Of a stretch of DNA of 64,000 nt, positions 61,232 through 64,000 are shown one piece after another. The DNA comes from Rhodoferax sp. (GTDB taxonomy: Bacteria; Pseudomonadota; Gammaproteobacteria; Burkholderiales; Burkholderiaceae_C), in NCBI RefSeq assembly GCF_030653815.1, contig NZ_JAURYQ010000017.1, forward strand, positions 17,370 through 81,369, given 5' to 3'. The first letter of the stretch is position 1. Each line of letters begins with the position of its first letter. The notes under the pieces were generated by a model. That model saw only the letters and a program-made list of their open reading frames with translations. It was not told where the DNA came from and made no database searches. The position numbers and the translations under genes were made by a program.

Positions 61232-62641
61232 TCAACGTTCAATATATTCCTCCAAGTCAAGTTGAGGCGACACTGGCATTTTTTTCCACATCTGAGAGGC
61301 TTTTTTATTTTCGAGCGCTTGTTCTCTTCTCTCTTCGGCCACTTCAGGTGCGGCCTTTTCCCGCTCCGCCAAAAAAGCCTCCCGCACGTAGTCGCCAGAC
61401 GTTTTGAAATACTGTGCAATGTTCGCCTTCTGCGATGGCTCCAGCGCTTCGCGTTCCCTGATGACGCGGTCATCGCGCACCATGACCACATCCGTTCCAA
61501 GCTGCGTGAGCTTGCCGTCCGTGTCCAAAATGCCTTTCTCGCGTAGCAGATCGACAGACCCGGGGTCAACGCCACCGTTTTGCTGTTCAAGGTCAACCTT
61601 GGCTATTTGGTGAATTGCCTGATAGCCCAAATCTTTGATACTGGCGTTGGCCGCAAGCATGCGTTCATCGGGCATGGAAATCTTGCCGTCACCCAGCAGG
61701 TCAATATCTGCCACGGGGCTTTTTGTGAGGATGTCAATCGTTCTTTGATCGGCGCGAAGAACGGACTTGCCCACAGGCGCAATCTTCAGGTTCTTGACCG
61801 GATCACCCGTGATGCCCGCTTCAACACTTGGGATATTTGCGCGTTCAATGCCTTGGGCGACCTGTTTACCTCTCATCCAGGCCCTTAACACCTCAGGCTC
61901 TGTGTTTTGCAATGGATAGCCCAATTTGCCAGAGATCTCCGCTGCACGGACCTTGAAGGCCGTGTCACCGGTCAACAGCAGGCCTTTGTCGATGTCAAAC
62001 TTTTTGGCGGCGATCTTGAGTGCCGCTTCGACATCGCGATCATCGGTTTTGCGCACATCCAGGCGGTCACCGACATCACGCACGGCCACCGTCAAGCCGC
62101 GCGTGTATTCCATGACGCCGTCCTTACCTTCACGCGCCTGCAAATCGGCCAGCACAATGTTGGGTGCTGTTTGTTGGGTGAAGCCTTCCAGGCCGGAATC
62201 CGGCGTCTTTTCTGCTTCTTCAATCAGACTGTCAAAAATGGGGTCATCGGGCTGTTCAAGTTTTGACTCTTTCAGGAAATCAAGCCAGCTTTGCGGCTTG
62301 ACCAGCGTGCCATCGAGTTCGCGAGCGGCCCTGTCTTTTTCAGCGTAATAGCCTTCAGTGAGTTTGGCCAGCTCCATGGCCACCGACGCGGAGATCGATT
62401 GATCAGACGCACCCAGCCCCTTCAGTCTGGTTTGCAGATCGCCACGGGTTGCTTCAATACTGGACTGCAATTGCAGCCATTTTTCGCGGTATTTCTGTTC
62501 GTGCTGATCAATCCCGCCATTGCGAATTTCTCGCGCAGGGGCAGTTTTGGCCTCAAAGGCATCCAGCAGGGCAATTCGCTTTTGTTGTTCACCAGTCAAA
62601 GTTTCCATAGGTGGCCTTTCAGGTACAAACTCATTGACCAC
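61232..62641 (-). CDS. LPD7-domain protein (start 62641 or 62608)
   Basis: VRDVGDRLDV...DVEAALKIAAKKF..LLLTGDTAFK-RAAE matches the LPD7 pattern also seen in the relaxase tail. Confidence 0.7.
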   Translation of the reverse strand: MVNEFVPERPPMETLTGEQQKRIALLDAFEAKTAPAREIRNGGIDQHEQKYREKWLQLQSSIEATRGDLQTRLKGLGASDQSISASVAMELAKLTEGYYAEKDRAARELDGTLVKPQSWLDFLKESKLEQPDDPIFDSLIEEAEKTPDSGLEGFTQQTAPNIVLADLQAREGKDGVMEYTRGLTVAVRDVGDRLDVRKTDDRDVEAALKIAAKKFDIDKGLLLTGDTAFKVRAAEISGKLGYPLQNTEPEVLRAWMRGKQVAQGIERANIPSVEAGITGDPVKNLKIAPVGKSVLRADQRTIDILTKSPVADIDLLGDGKISMPDERMLAANASIKDLGYQAIHQIAKVDLEQQNGGVDPGSVDLLREKGILDTDGKLTQLGTDVVMVRDDRVIREREALEPSQKANIAQYFKTSGDYVREAFLAEREKAAPEVAEERREQALENKKASQMWKKMPVSPQLDLEEYIER

Positions 62642-63248
62642 CGGAATCAGGCGGGGTGCAGTCGATCAGTGGGATGGTGAGTGCTGGTCCCCAGCGGCCC
62701 TCATTGGCTGACTTTTGAATCAGCGCATTGCGAAAGGCCATGTCATCTTCATAGGCAGCACGCCACTTGCCCTTTTGTTGCAGCCAGGGCTTGGCCAGGT
62801 CGAGCGATACACGCCGTTTTCCAATCAAGGTTTGATGCTCAGGCGTCAAGACGCCATAGCCCGCATAGACTTTCCAACCAACAAAATCGGTGCTGGTTGA
62901 GGCACAGCCACCCCCGGCAGGTGAAGTGGGCATGCACGCGGAGTACGCAAAAGTTGACCCCAGTGCCGGTGTTTCAACGTAAGTGGGGAAGCCGCCGGTC
63001 GTCCAGGCCACCCAGCCACTGGGTGTCAAAAATGCAGCGGGGTAACCGGGCACCCCTGGGTCTTCAATACCCACCCAAATGGCACCGGGCAGGCCCACAT
63101 CGGATGCGGCAACGGTGCCACTGATTGACACTGAAGCGGGTGATGGGTCATACGCCGTGCCAGCGCAAAAGACGTTGCCGCCGACGGTTTGCGCCATTGC
63201 GGCGACACCGTGGGCTAGCAGCAAAATGAAAGCGGAATTTTTTTGCAT
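62631..63248 (-). CDS. Exported hypothetical protein, first gene of the transfer operon
   Basis: Signal peptide ending VAA-MAQ; several Cys; RBS gaaagga; overlaps the next gene. Confidence 0.65.
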   Translation of the reverse strand: MQKNSAFILLLAHGVAAMAQTVGGNVFCAGTAYDPSPASVSISGTVAASDVGLPGAIWVGIEDPGVPGYPAAFLTPSGWVAWTTGGFPTYVETPALGSTFAYSACMPTSPAGGGCASTSTDFVGWKVYAGYGVLTPEHQTLIGKRRVSLDLAKPWLQQKGKWRAAYEDDMAFRNALIQKSANEGRWGPALTIPLIDCTPPDSGGQ

Positions 63249-63761
63249 GGGACGGCATTCCTTTCAGGAAGGCCAGTTCAGCATCAAAACTTTGGGGGAA
63301 AGGTGGCAAACCCCCGCTGGACTGGCTTTACCCATACCGCGAAGGCGCAAATGCAATGCCTGGACGACTTTCCGCTTCCATGGGAAACGTCCCACAATTC
63401 GAAGACTTTCGGTACCCGGTTAACCAAGTCGCTTATGACTGCCAAGACCTGCTGTGCCGTCCGAAAGATATCGAACTGCCGGTCCAAGACGAGAGCGAGA
63501 TGCTGTTACATAACTTATTGGTCGGGTTGCTCCAACGCAGTCAATCGGGCGTGCGCCGAAAAGTTGGCAATGTGCCGACGATTTCAGTGCCCGGACTCGA
63601 CCATTTACGGGAATTCACCGGTAACTGCTTTGGCAGTGTCAAGACTTTTGGGTAAACAAGTTCAAGAGTGACCAACGATCAAATTTTGCTCAAAACAATT
63701 GGTCTCAAATTAGACTGAGCCACTACATGCGGCATTGGACCGCCTCAACACGTAACCTGCA

Positions 63762-64000
63762 TCAGTTTCTGAATGAAAGCATCAGCAAACCTGCGCAAAT
63801 GATGAAGGCGGCGGATGCCCTTGCTTTCCAAGCCGCCCTTTCCTTGAAAACAAAGATGGAGGCACCGCTCGCTAGAACAATCCCGGCGTTTGTAAACGCG
63901 ACAACGATGGCGGCAGGCATCGAACGCATGGCGTGAATAACCAGCGCATAGGCTAAGCCAACGCACAGTCCACCGACGACGGCTACGGGCAGGCCAATCC
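63762..64000 (-). CDS. EamA/DMT-family transporter, C-terminal part (missing from the ORF track)
   Basis: The minus frame reads ...GLAYALVIHAMRSMPAAIVVAFTNAGIVLASGASIFVFKER...LLMLSFRN-stop at 63762. Confidence 0.75.
   Translation of the reverse strand, partial: IGLPVAVVGGLCVGLAYALVIHAMRSMPAAIVVAFTNAGIVLASGASIFVFKERAAWKARASAAFIICAGLLMLSFRN

Larger units (their letters stand above)
49967..64000. mobile_element. Integrative mobilizable/conjugative element (left part; continues past the window)
   Basis: Tyrosine integrase and xis next to a tRNA; MOB-P relaxase, TraG, TraF, ArdC and a TA pair; composition shifts from the host. The left boundary is approximate and no right att site is visible. 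Confidence 0.88.

Noticed and set aside
63243-63671. ORFs 63243-63671, 63284-63487 and 63356-63655
   Set aside because: Mutually overlapping, no recognisable motifs; the region more likely holds the promoter of the transfer operon.
49967-64000. Right attachment site (duplicated tRNA fragment)
   Set aside because: No repeat of the tRNA-Gly or tRNA-Val ends was seen by eye inside the window; it is probably beyond 64,000.

Overview
GC-rich betaproteobacterial chromosome segment. Gene content and order suggest Comamonadaceae (Rhodoferax/Polaromonas-like); this is inference, not a database match. A housekeeping backbone (dnaQ, nrdR, glyA with a ZMP/ZTP riboswitch, lpxH, ppiA/ppiB, cysS, accA, tilS, aspartate kinase, dadA/lrp, hslR, icd, rpoD, dnaG) carries four tRNA genes, each with an exact IHF consensus box nearby, and several accessory blocks. 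(1) After tRNA-Val(CAC): a truncated PIN gene, an AT-rich type IV minor-pilin cassette (pilE-pilV-pilW-pilX-pilY1-fimT-fimT) and an AAA/DUF4143 ATPase. (2) After tRNA-Ser(GCT): a TerC / Ca:cation antiporter / NhaR-like / zf-TFIIB module and a lone phaC. (3) A complete hypABFCDE hydrogenase-maturation operon starting 29 nt after the rpoD stop, with no hydrogenase genes in the window. Its hypF carries a 77-nt palindrome inserted in frame. (4) From about 49,970 to the window end: an integrative mobilizable/conjugative element at the 5' side of tRNA-Gly(CCC). It encodes a tyrosine integrase, an AlpA-like excisionase, a duplicated 129-bp hairpin element, a MobC/TraJ-like protein, a MOB-P relaxase, a YiiX-like hydrolase, a RelE/ParE TA pair, TraF, TraG, ArdC and an LPD7 protein. 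No mating-pore (trb/virB) genes are visible. All calls come from motif recognition by eye; no searches were run.
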